A DNA stretch of 26,371 nucleotides from a virus (taxonomy: Duplodnaviria > Caudoviricetes), in the IMG/VR virus record IMGVR_UViG_3300005805_000407, positions 1 through 26,371 of that record; one strand, written 5' to 3'. Numbering within the stretch: position 1 is the first letter of the stretch; each line of letters begins with the position of its first letter. Shown piece after piece: positions 8,313 to 16,329 of this stretch. The translations under genes and the position numbers were made by a program. The notes under the pieces are model-generated. The model worked only from the letters and a program-made list of their open reading frames with translations. It was not told the origin of the DNA and did not search any database.

Positions 8313-9286
8313 CAGCTCACCTCAGATGCAGCGCTGGACGCGGAGATGGTGCAGGCAGCGCTGATGTTGTCGCCCGCAGGATAGGTCCGGGTGATGCCCA
8401 GCTTGCCCTGCGTCAGCATGTACGCGCTCTTGTAGCGATCTGGGAAAAACTTGAACCACAGATCCTGATTCTTGAGCAGCACCAGGCCATCGGAAACGCC
8501 ATCCTCAAGGAACGCCGTGAACGTGCCTTGATTCAGCGTGCTGGACGTTGCCCCCAGCGTGGTGCCGTAGATCTGCGTGCTGGTCACCGAGTGCGACGTC
8601 TCGGGCGGCACGAAATCCGACGCAAGCTGCACGTCCGAGAAAATCGGCGCCGCAAACGAGGCATAGACCGCCTTCGGCACAGGCCCGGTGTGAATCTCAG
8701 GCAACGCGGCCAGGAAGGTGACAGAGCCAGATCCGTGGTTGATCGTGTACAACGGATAATCCGCCCGCTCGGTGTGCGTGCCCACCACCTGGAAAATCTC
8801 GGCCGTTGTGACCTTGGCGGCCGACACCGAGGTTGTCCGCACCTGGCCGATTTCCACCGACGTGGTGGCGATCAGCGGAGGCCCGCCAGCGGCAGCGCGC
8901 GTCTCGGAAAACGCCGTGCTGTCAGTGCCAGACACGGCGGCCACAGCGCCGCTGCTGTTGACCGTGATGCTGGTGATGTTGTGCGTGTCAGTGCTCACGC
9001 CGCGGGTAATGGTCGCGGTAGTTGCGGACACCGTGGTCACGACGCCGTTGAGGTTCAGCGTCATGGCGCTGATGTTAACTTTGTCGTTGTCCGTTGCGTG
9101 CGGCGTGATCACACCACCCGTCAGCAGGCCGTTGGGCCGCACGACAGGCGCGTACCCGCTGCGTTTGCTCCACAGCGATGCAGAGCTGGTGAATGTGGTG
9201 TCGTCGCCTGAATTGGTCAGGGCGACCATGGCAGTAGAGGTCTGTCCGGCCTCGTACTGCAGCTTTGCGTTTTCAGCGGTTGCCAT
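8312..9286 (-). CDS. Major tail (tube) protein candidate
   Basis: 324 aa, Thr/Ser-rich, directly upstream of the chaperone and tape measure genes, GGAG SD. Confidence 0.7.
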   Translation of the reverse strand: MATAENAKLQYEAGQTSTAMVALTNSGDDTTFTSSASLWSKRSGYAPVVRPNGLLTGGVITPHATDNDKVNISAMTLNLNGVVTTVSATTATITRGVSTDTHNITSITVNSSGAVAAVSGTDSTAFSETRAAAGGPPLIATTSVEIGQVRTTSVSAAKVTTAEIFQVVGTHTERADYPLYTINHGSGSVTFLAALPEIHTGPVPKAVYASFAAPIFSDVQLASDFVPPETSHSVTSTQIYGTTLGATSSTLNQGTFTAFLEDGVSDGLVLLKNQDLWFKFFPDRYKSAYMLTQGKLGITRTYPAGDNISAACTISASSAASEVS

Positions 9287-9470
9287 CTGTGATCTCCATC
9301 AGTGTTTTGGGAGGACGTCCGCGCCGCCTGGGTGGCGGATCTGCTTGGTCCGGCTTGGGGGGTGCATCCTGGTAGATGACATGCCGAGCCGGGTCAAAGT
9401 CTGATTCATTCAGCAGCACCCACGGCCCTTGCGATGCCGGATGCTGCGAAACAACGCGGACAGTCTTCAT
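9273..9470 (-). CDS. 65-aa protein with AT-hook motif (start re-set to ATG 9470)
   Basis: TGATG coupling to the capsid stop. Reads MKTVRVVSQHPASQGPWVLLNESDFDPARH...PPPRRRGRPPK. Confidence 0.7.
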   Translation of the reverse strand: MKTVRVVSQHPASQGPWVLLNESDFDPARHVIYQDAPPKPDQADPPPRRRGRPPKTLMEITDGNR

Positions 9471-10615
9471 CAGCCGAGGAGCAGAGCAACGTGCTCGGGC
9501 TTGATCACCTTGACGCCCCACGCGCAGGAGACTTCCCACTGCATCTGCCTGTATTGAGGATACAGGGCAACCTCAAACGACAGGCCAGAGCGCGGATCCA
9601 CGATGGTGGTCCTGTCCGAGGCCAGGTCGCCATTGGCAGGCAGGGCCGGCAGGCGCTGGGCCAGGACGATGGCGGAGCGGCTAAAGCCCATGTTGCGCAC
9701 CGAGCTGGCCACCACCGTGATGTTGGTGGCAGAGGCAGCAATGGCTTGGCGCAGGCCAGGTGCAGCCAGCACAACCGTGCCACCGCCGGAAACGTCAGCG
9801 TCACCGGTCACAACCACATACTGGTTGGTGTCGCCGGCAAAGGTGATGACGTCACCAGCCACGATGGTGCCCGTGCCTGCAGAGGCCAAGGTGATCGTGG
9901 TTGCACCGACAGCGTAGCCTGCCGTGTTCGTCGTCGCGCTGGCGCCCGTGCCCTTCGTGTGCGTCTTGATCTGCGCAGACTCGCGGACCATCATGCCATT
10001 GATGTCCAGCAGGACGCCCTGGCGCAGCAGGGTGTCACCGAACTCTTGCGAGGACGATGCCTGCTTGCCACGCAGGTTTGCGCCAGCCGCAGTGTCCAAC
10101 ACCAGTTGCAGGTCGCTCAAAGGCGAGCCATTGTCGGCCAGGATCTTGCGTGTCAGCGATGCGGCGCTGTAGTCGCCAGCAGTGCCAAAAGGCGTTGTCG
10201 CCGCAGTGCCAGCGGCACGCGAAGCCACCTTGTACAGGTCGGCCAAATCAGCCTCGATCTCGTTGCACAGCGTGCGGATGGCCTGCTGGATCTGCGCGCC
10301 TTGGATGGCAGCAGCGGCAGGGCCAGAGCCACGCTCTTCCTCGCCGGTCCAGCGGATCGGCACACGGCGAGCCTTGGTGATCTTGATTTCCTGGTCGCCA
10401 ATGGTCTGGTCGCCATCATTGGGCGGCGTCACGCCCGCGGTGATGTCACCAGCAGAGGCTGCGGGCGCGACAAATGAGCGCACGGATTGATTGACCGCGG
10501 CGCGCGATGCCTGGGCATCCAGCGTGACAGACGGGATCATGCCGACCAGCTCGCGGCTGACGACATCCAGGTTGCTGTAGAGGGTCGGGATCAGGTTGGT
10601 AAGGGTGGCACCCAT
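9470..10615 (-). CDS. Major capsid protein, P22 coat-protein-like
   Basis: LDVVSRELVGMIPSV N-terminus, DPRSGLSFEV...WGVKVIKPEHVALLLG C-terminus, GGAG SD, follows the scaffold gene. Confidence 0.88.
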   Translation of the reverse strand: MGATLTNLIPTLYSNLDVVSRELVGMIPSVTLDAQASRAAVNQSVRSFVAPAASAGDITAGVTPPNDGDQTIGDQEIKITKARRVPIRWTGEEERGSGPAAAAIQGAQIQQAIRTLCNEIEADLADLYKVASRAAGTAATTPFGTAGDYSAASLTRKILADNGSPLSDLQLVLDTAAGANLRGKQASSSQEFGDTLLRQGVLLDINGMMVRESAQIKTHTKGTGASATTNTAGYAVGATTITLASAGTGTIVAGDVITFAGDTNQYVVVTGDADVSGGGTVVLAAPGLRQAIAASATNITVVASSVRNMGFSRSAIVLAQRLPALPANGDLASDRTTIVDPRSGLSFEVALYPQYRQMQWEVSCAWGVKVIKPEHVALLLG

Positions 10616-10633
10616 GGTGGTTCTCCAGAAAAA

Positions 10634-11305
10634 TCAGACAAGTTGCACGCCTGATTTCGCCGCCTCGACCTTTTGCTGAGGTGTCATGGCTTCAAAATCG
10701 GCACGGGTCATGGTTTTGGCACCATCGCCTCTCGCGTTGGATGACCGGACTCCAGCACCTCCCGTGCCGGTGGCTTTCAACAGCTCAGGCCGCGATTTTG
10801 CAATAGCGGCCACGCCATCACGCAACGGCAGCAATCTGCCGTCGTCGCTTTTATACAACAGATCGTCACCTTCCCAGGTGAGGCGGTTGCTGACATACGT
10901 TTCCACGATGTCGCGCGCGATGAACTCGTGACCTGACAGCGCCTCGGCGATTGCGGCCTTTTGCAAAGATCCGCGGTACTTGCCGCTGATCTCGTCGCGC
11001 TGGGCGGCGGCCTGCTGGAGCTCGCGCTCCAGGCGCTTGACCCGGACCTCGTATTGCTTGGCAGCCTCGGCCGCACCCTTGGCGTCTGGCAAGGTGTCAA
11101 GGTCTTCCATGGAATCAATGCCCAGTTTTTCCATCATGGCTGCTTGAGCAGATTCCAGGGCCGTGAGCTTCTCGCGCAGGCCCTTGCGCCCGCTGATGGA
11201 TTCCTGCCTGGCAGCATCACGCTGGCCAACCAGATCATCAACAAAGGTCTTCAGCGCCGAGTACTTCTCGTCGCCAATCGCGTCCTTAAGGTCTTCGATG
11301 TTCAT
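10634..11305 (-). CDS. Capsid scaffolding protein
   Basis: Charged coiled coil, Gly-rich linker GTGGAG and C-terminal MTRADFEAMTPQQK helix; directly upstream of the capsid gene. Confidence 0.8.
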   Translation of the reverse strand: MNIEDLKDAIGDEKYSALKTFVDDLVGQRDAARQESISGRKGLREKLTALESAQAAMMEKLGIDSMEDLDTLPDAKGAAEAAKQYEVRVKRLERELQQAAAQRDEISGKYRGSLQKAAIAEALSGHEFIARDIVETYVSNRLTWEGDDLLYKSDDGRLLPLRDGVAAIAKSRPELLKATGTGGAGVRSSNARGDGAKTMTRADFEAMTPQQKVEAAKSGVQLV

Positions 11306-11325
11306 CTTGATCGCGTCTTGAGTTT

Positions 11326-11334
11326 ATGATAGCA
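11326..11334 (-). promoter_or_regulatory. Putative extended -10 promoter element for the scaffold/capsid genes
   Basis: TGCTATCAT (TGn + TATCAT) on the - strand, about 20 nt upstream of the scaffold ATG. No clear -35. Confidence 0.4.
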
Positions 11335-11343
11335 CCGAAAGGA

Positions 11344-11667
11344 TCAGGCAGCGATGCGGAAATCATCCAACGACTTGCCGGCAGCCAAAGCCTCGGACAG
11401 CCACTTGGGTTTGATGCCGCGGCCCGTCCAGGTATGGCCATGCTGATCGCGGAACTTGACCGCAACCGCAGCGCGTTTGCTGGCCTTGGCTTGGCCATCG
11501 GAGATTCGCACAACCTTGGCGCCAGATCCCAGATCTGCAGCGGTCAGGCCGTATTGAGACATGATCGCCATGACTTGCTTGATGGCCTCGCCTCGCTCTT
11601 CGCGCTGGCGCTGGACAATCTGCTGCTCAAGTTCAGCCTTCTGGGCCATCAGTTCTGCAATGGTCAT
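11344..11667 (-). CDS. hns: H-NS family nucleoid-associated protein (107 aa, start re-set to ATG 11667)
   Basis: N-terminal oligomerisation helix, YGLTAADL, and C-terminal VAVKFRDQHGHTWTGRGIKPKWL..GKSLDDF matching the H-NS TWxGxGxxP motif. AGGAG SD before ATG 11667. Confidence 0.93.
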   Translation of the reverse strand: MTIAELMAQKAELEQQIVQRQREERGEAIKQVMAIMSQYGLTAADLGSGAKVVRISDGQAKASKRAAVAVKFRDQHGHTWTGRGIKPKWLSEALAAGKSLDDFRIAA

Positions 11668-11700
11668 ACAGGTACACTCCTGAAAAATTAACGGACCTTC

Positions 11701-11709
11701 AGCATAACA
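11701..11709 (-). promoter_or_regulatory. Putative extended -10 promoter element for hns
   Basis: TGTTATGCT on the - strand within the 53-bp AT-rich divergent gap. A weak TTGGCC lies 16 bp upstream, inside the portal start. Confidence 0.4.
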
Positions 11710-11720
11710 GATATTCAAAT

Positions 11721-13067
11721 ATGGCCAACCTCGACATTTACAGAATGAAGTTTATTGGCCACGCGCTGGAGGGTGACGGCCCGTTTCGGCCTGTCGTGAC
11801 CTACGATGGTCAGCTAAGGCCCGTCAGCGTATCGACCAGCTACCTCATACAGTACCCGCGCGAGTCTGAGAGCAAATACGCCAGGCGCAATGAGATTGCT
11901 TTTTATGCCTCACCGCTGGCCCAGGTCTGCAATCGTTTTGTCGGCTACCTGACCACGCGCCAGCCCGTACGCCAGATGGCAAACGAGCTGTACCAGGCCA
12001 TGGCAGACGACATCGATGGCCGAGGCAACGGCATTGATGTGTTCTGGTCGCAGTTTTCGCGGCACGCCAAGGCCCGTGGCAGCCTGCTGCTGCTGGTGGA
12101 CATGCCTGCGGCCATGGCGCAGAGCCTGGATGATCAGCTCCGCAGCCGCGTTGCGCCGTACTGGACCATGATATTGCCCGAGCTGGTGCGCAACTACGAA
12201 ATCGGCGACGACGGCAAGTTCAATTACGTCGAGTTCTCTGGCAATTTCACCCGCGACAATGAGCGCGTTGCATGCACCTGGCGATTCGACCGCGAAGGCT
12301 GGATTGCCAAAGACACAGGCCATATCGTCCTGGCATCAGGCGAGCACAATCTGAGCGAGTGCCCGGTGCTGATCTTCACCGAGGGCGGGGAGTTTCCGCA
12401 CTTTGGTTCCTTTGCAGCCATCGCGGATCTTTCGCGCAGGCTGTTTAATATGGATTCGGAGCTGGACGAGATCCTGCGCAGCCAGACGTTTAGTTTGCTG
12501 ACCATGCAGGTATCAGAGAACTCCACTGACGCACAGAAGATCCAGGCCGCGCAGGTTGTCGGAGAGACCATCGGCGCGTCCAATCTTATGGTGCACAGCG
12601 GCAGCACGCCGGCCTTCATCGCGCCGCCTGACGGGCCAGCTCGCATCTACCTGGACCGCATCGTCGCCTTGCGTGATCAGATCAACGAGATCGGCCTGGT
12701 TGTCGGCGGATCCTCCGCGCGCGAATCCGGACTTGCGCTGCAGATGCGATTCCAGGCGCTGAACGGCGAGCTGGCCATGTTCTCCAGCCGCATGGAGGAT
12801 CTTGAGCGCAGAGCCTGGGAGCTGTCGCGGCAGTGGCTGGGCCTTACCCAGGCGCCGGAGGTCTACTGGGCGCGCGATTACAACCTGTCCGATGTGGCCA
12901 CCGAGTTGACCATTTTGGCCGACATGCAAGCCGCGGCAATGCCTCGCGTGGTGATTGCCGAGCAGCAGCGGCGCATTGTGGCCCAGCAATTCGCCGGCCT
13001 GGACCAAGAAAAACAGGACAGAATTCAGGCTGCGATTGATGAGCGTCTCTTGGAGGTGCAGGCATGA
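11721..13067 (+). CDS. Portal protein (SPP1 gp6-like)
   Basis: 448 aa. YLIQYPRESESKYARR, DIDGRGNGID, G.S.LLVDMP, HNLSECPV and ESGLALQMRFQALNGEL match portal motifs. Confidence 0.88.
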   Translation: MANLDIYRMKFIGHALEGDGPFRPVVTYDGQLRPVSVSTSYLIQYPRESESKYARRNEIAFYASPLAQVCNRFVGYLTTRQPVRQMANELYQAMADDIDGRGNGIDVFWSQFSRHAKARGSLLLLVDMPAAMAQSLDDQLRSRVAPYWTMILPELVRNYEIGDDGKFNYVEFSGNFTRDNERVACTWRFDREGWIAKDTGHIVLASGEHNLSECPVLIFTEGGEFPHFGSFAAIADLSRRLFNMDSELDEILRSQTFSLLTMQVSENSTDAQKIQAAQVVGETIGASNLMVHSGSTPAFIAPPDGPARIYLDRIVALRDQINEIGLVVGGSSARESGLALQMRFQALNGELAMFSSRMEDLERRAWELSRQWLGLTQAPEVYWARDYNLSDVATELTILADMQAAAMPRVVIAEQQRRIVAQQFAGLDQEKQDRIQAAIDERLLEVQA

Positions 13068-13411
13068 CCGCAGCGGTTCACAACATCACCGTCGAGGCCG
13101 GTGCCACTTTCGTTGTCATCTTTAAGTGGCTGTCTTCTGGCGCGCCTGTTAATCTCACAGGCGCCACTGCCAAGCTACAGGTGCGCGAGACGTCAAAATC
13201 TAGCGCGGTGCTTTTTGAGGCCAGCACGGCCAACGGCAAACTGTCCATTGCAGCCGCTCTGGGAGAGATTACGCTGACCATCACGGCCACCGAATCCACG
13301 GCATTTGCTTGGACCTTTGGCAAGTATGATCTTGAGGTGACCAATGCAAGCGGCACGATCCATCGTCTGGTCCGCGGCACGGTATCCATTTCAGCAGAGG
13401 TGACCAAATGA
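13064..13411 (+). CDS. Small beta-sandwich virion protein (fibre adaptor-like)
   Basis: GATF...PVNLTGATAKLQVR...GEITLTIT...GKYDLEV...RLVRGTVSI.AEVT, a common phage fibre-associated pattern. ATGA coupled to the portal gene. Confidence 0.7.
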   Translation: MTAAVHNITVEAGATFVVIFKWLSSGAPVNLTGATAKLQVRETSKSSAVLFEASTANGKLSIAAALGEITLTITATESTAFAWTFGKYDLEVTNASGTIHRLVRGTVSISAEVTK

Positions 13412-14070
13412 CTGATGTGGTGCAAGTTGTGACCCAGGGGCCGCAAGGCCCTGGCGGCTCGCTGGCCAATTACGGGGCGTTCTACGACTCGACAGATCAA
13501 ACAATCGCATCGGCCACGACGGCCTATGCGGTGGCCATCGGCAGCACCTATGAGGCACGCAACGTCAGCATCGTCGACGGCAGCAAGATCACGTTCGCCC
13601 AGGCCGGCACGTACTCGCTGACCTATTCGCTGCAACTCCACAACACCGACAACAACACGCCACAAACAGCGCGTGTCTGGTTGCGCAAAAACGGCAGCGA
13701 CTATGCCAACAGCGCAAGCAGCTACGACGTCCACGGCGCACATGGCGGATTGGATGGCGTCGCAGTCGCCACCAACACAATCATCGCCACCGCCGCGGCC
13801 GGCGACTATGTGCAGATCATGTGGTCGGCCAGCTCCACCACCGTCAGCATCCAGCACACCGCGGCCGGCACATCGCCCACCAGGCCGGCTACGCCTGGGG
13901 TGATCCTGTCGGTGGATCAGGTGCAGTTCAGCCAGACTGCGCCGCTGCAGTTTATCGCCAATACCACCGAGCCCGCCACGCCTACGGGCGGCGGAATCCT
14001 GTTTGTCACCTCGGGCGCCCTGAAGTACAAGGGCAGCTCTGGCACCGTCACAACCCTGGCCGCGGCCTAA
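13408..14070 (+). CDS. Short fibre/decoration protein with collagen stub and C1q/TNF(BclA-CTD)-like domain
   Basis: QGPQGPG, then YGAFYD...ITFAQAGTYSLTYSLQL...VWLRKNG...AGDYVQIMW, a C1q-like strand pattern. Confidence 0.65.
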   Translation: MTDVVQVVTQGPQGPGGSLANYGAFYDSTDQTIASATTAYAVAIGSTYEARNVSIVDGSKITFAQAGTYSLTYSLQLHNTDNNTPQTARVWLRKNGSDYANSASSYDVHGAHGGLDGVAVATNTIIATAAAGDYVQIMWSASSTTVSIQHTAAGTSPTRPATPGVILSVDQVQFSQTAPLQFIANTTEPATPTGGGILFVTSGALKYKGSSGTVTTLAAA

Positions 14071-14082
14071 AGGACCATCATC

Positions 14083-14382
14083 ATGGCAAAGCTCTACGTC
14101 ACCGAATTCCAGTTTCTCGAAAACGCCAACGACATCGGCGGCGTGCCCCAGGCGGCCCGGCTGCCTGGCACCACGAACGTGGTGACCTTCACGACATCAA
14201 GCGTGCAGTCTGCGGTTTTCGGGGCCAATACCCGCTTTGTGCGCGTGGTGTCTGATGCGCCGGCCTGCCTGGCCTACGGCACCAATCCAACGGCAACCAC
14301 CAGCGGCTTGCGCCTTGCGGCTGAGGCCACCGAATACTTCGGGGTCAAGCCTGGCGACCGTCTGGCCGTGATCGGCGCCTGA
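14083..14382 (+). CDS. Small virion protein, possible head-spike base
   Basis: AAGGA SD, 99 aa, beta-rich. Directly precedes the spike-fibre-like gene; function inferred from position. Confidence 0.55.
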   Translation: MAKLYVTEFQFLENANDIGGVPQAARLPGTTNVVTFTTSSVQSAVFGANTRFVRVVSDAPACLAYGTNPTATTSGLRLAAEATEYFGVKPGDRLAVIGA

Positions 14383-14384
14383 TC

Positions 14385-15659
14385 ATGCTGGGCCAAAACA
14401 TTGGCCGTGTCGGCCTGCCGGATATGGCCAGCGGTGGGCGGCCTTCGCTGTCTTTCAACTTTGCGGCAATGCCTAAGCTGGATGAGCGGATCACCTTCAC
14501 CCGTGCCAGCACGGCCACGTACTTCAACTCGGCTGGTGTGCTGACCAGCGCAGCGACCGACGTCCCACGGTTCGACTACAACCCTTCGACGCTTGCTGCA
14601 CAGGGCTTGTTGATTGAGGAGTCCCGCACCAATTCCATTCGGAACAACACGATGGTGGGTGCTGTGGCTGGGACGCCGGGGACGTTGCCGACGAATTGGG
14701 CCGTAGTCGGCGCGGGCCTCGCGTTCAACGTCATAGGTACGGGTACAGAAAACGGCATTTCTTACATTGACATTCAATTGGTCGGAACGACTAGCGGAAC
14801 AAGCGCCGGTATTCGCTTTGAGACGAATACCGGGATTGCTGCTGTTGCTGGGCAGGCGTGGTCGAATTCTGTCTTTGCTCGGATGGTCGCGGGCAGCACA
14901 ACGAACATCTCGTCGGTCGGTCTGAACACGACGTATCTAGATGGCGGTGCCGTAATAATTAACTCGACGACTGTCTCATTCCAAACGACAATTTCGCAGC
15001 CATCGCTTTCGGCGGCACTCAGGCTAAATCAGAACGTCGTCGCGGGCGTTGGCGCTCTGTACGTCAGACCACAGATCGTCATCGCCTACAGTTCCGGTGT
15101 CGCCATCGACATCACCCTGCGCATCGGCCTGCCCCAGCTAGAGCAGGGCGCGTTTGCCACCTCCGTCATCCCCACGGATAACACGGCACCTCTAGGCAAG
15201 ACACGTTCTGAAGATAGGGCGTCTATCAATACGATGAGCCCTTGGTATAACGCGACAGAGGGGACGCTGTATGCGGAGGGAGTGCCAATATCCCCTTCAT
15301 CTTCTTTTACTCGTGTTGCGTCAATTGAAAATTCCGCATTTAACAGCGTTATTTCCATCCAAAGAAATGGAACAGACGCCCGGGGTTTTGGAGATGGTGC
15401 AAGCACAATAGTTGCAAGTTCAATGCCGCAAAATACTGTTTTTAAAGCGGCGCTAGGGGCAAAAATTAACGATTTTGCTTTGAGTGCTAATGGCTCTGCT
15501 GTAAATACGGACACAACTACAAACGCATTGCCAACGGCAAATAGATTAGGTTTGGGAGCTACGACAGCGTTTACCTCATACACCAATCTTTGGCTCCGCC
15601 GCGTCACCTACTACCCCCGAAAATTGTCCTCAGCAGAACTTCAGGCCATCACAGCATGA
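14385..15659 (+). CDS. Head-spike-fibre-like / carbohydrate-binding fibre protein
   Basis: FTRASTATY..SAATDVPRFDY..GLLIEESRTN and QLEQGAFATSVIPT..TRSED match the motifs I recall from the RcGTA head spike fibre (Rcc01080) family. The C-terminal region is lectin-like. Confidence 0.7.
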   Translation: MLGQNIGRVGLPDMASGGRPSLSFNFAAMPKLDERITFTRASTATYFNSAGVLTSAATDVPRFDYNPSTLAAQGLLIEESRTNSIRNNTMVGAVAGTPGTLPTNWAVVGAGLAFNVIGTGTENGISYIDIQLVGTTSGTSAGIRFETNTGIAAVAGQAWSNSVFARMVAGSTTNISSVGLNTTYLDGGAVIINSTTVSFQTTISQPSLSAALRLNQNVVAGVGALYVRPQIVIAYSSGVAIDITLRIGLPQLEQGAFATSVIPTDNTAPLGKTRSEDRASINTMSPWYNATEGTLYAEGVPISPSSSFTRVASIENSAFNSVISIQRNGTDARGFGDGASTIVASSMPQNTVFKAALGAKINDFALSANGSAVNTDTTTNALPTANRLGLGATTAFTSYTNLWLRRVTYYPRKLSSAELQAITA

Positions 15660-16066
15660 CCTACGACCCCTTCGACCCATTCAACCAACTGGTCGCGGAA
15701 ACTGACCCAGCGGTGCTGGCAGCGGGCCATGAGTGGGTTCAGCAACAGTTTTACGGAGACACCATGTACACGGACTTCTTCCTTCGATTTGACACCGAAG
15801 CCGAGGCCAACGAGGTGCTGTTCGATGAGCAGACCAACGTGCAAGGCGACACCGTTGAGACGGTGCTGGTGCCCCGCTACGCCGCTGTTGATGTCATCGG
15901 CGTGCTCTACACCCCGACAGGAAAGACGATTCACAACGAAGAACTGTCCTACGCCGAGATGGCTCCGCTGGACGGCTGGCACGTCAACGTGCGGCACAAT
16001 TCCGAAGCGCCGGAGCTTGAGCCCTTCCGCGTGTATCCCGAAACCCCCAGCAGGATGTGGGCATGA
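15656..16066 (+). CDS. Acidic fibre-associated protein (possible chaperone); alternative start at 15764
   Basis: ATGA coupling at 15656 and GGAG SD before ATG 15764. DFFLRFDTEAEA...DVIG...GWHVNVR...PETPSRMWA is typical of genes that follow such fibres. Confidence 0.65.
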   Translation: MTYDPFDPFNQLVAETDPAVLAAGHEWVQQQFYGDTMYTDFFLRFDTEAEANEVLFDEQTNVQGDTVETVLVPRYAAVDVIGVLYTPTGKTIHNEELSYAEMAPLDGWHVNVRHNSEAPELEPFRVYPETPSRMWA

Positions 16067-16329
16067 CAGACGATGACTTTTCCCGCCTCGAAGCCAAGGT
16101 TGACAAACTCGGCGAAGCCATTGGAAAGCTGATCCTCTTTGAGGAGCGCCAAGCCAACCAGGGCGAGCGCATCGGCCGGTGCGAGGCCCAGCTTGCGGCG
16201 CATGACGTCAGCATCGCCCGAGTGGATCGCAAGGTCGAGATGTGGATCAACCGCGGCATCGGCGTCTGGGGCCTGGCGGTGACGGTGTTCGCGCTGGTCC
16301 AGTTCGGCAGCAAATTCGTCGGCAAATGA
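16063..16329 (+). CDS. Coiled-coil protein with C-terminal TM helix (XhlA/holin-like)
   Basis: ATGA coupled at both ends. Heptad-rich N-terminus and hydrophobic GIGVWGLAVTVFALVQF. Confidence 0.6.
   Translation: MTDDDFSRLEAKVDKLGEAIGKLILFEERQANQGERIGRCEAQLAAHDVSIARVDRKVEMWINRGIGVWGLAVTVFALVQFGSKFVGK

Noticed and set aside
9434-10477. 347-aa + strand ORF antisense to the capsid gene, and similar long antisense ORFs (526-1125, 8528-9211, 8772-9404, 13078-13857, 19494-20039)
   Set aside because: Shadow ORFs expected from GC-rich codon bias. They lack SDs and recognisable motifs and fully overlap well-supported genes.
11668-11718. 17-aa N-terminal extension of H-NS given by the ORF track
   Set aside because: A TTG start with no room for an SD. 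ATG 11667 has AGGAG and gives a typical H-NS length.
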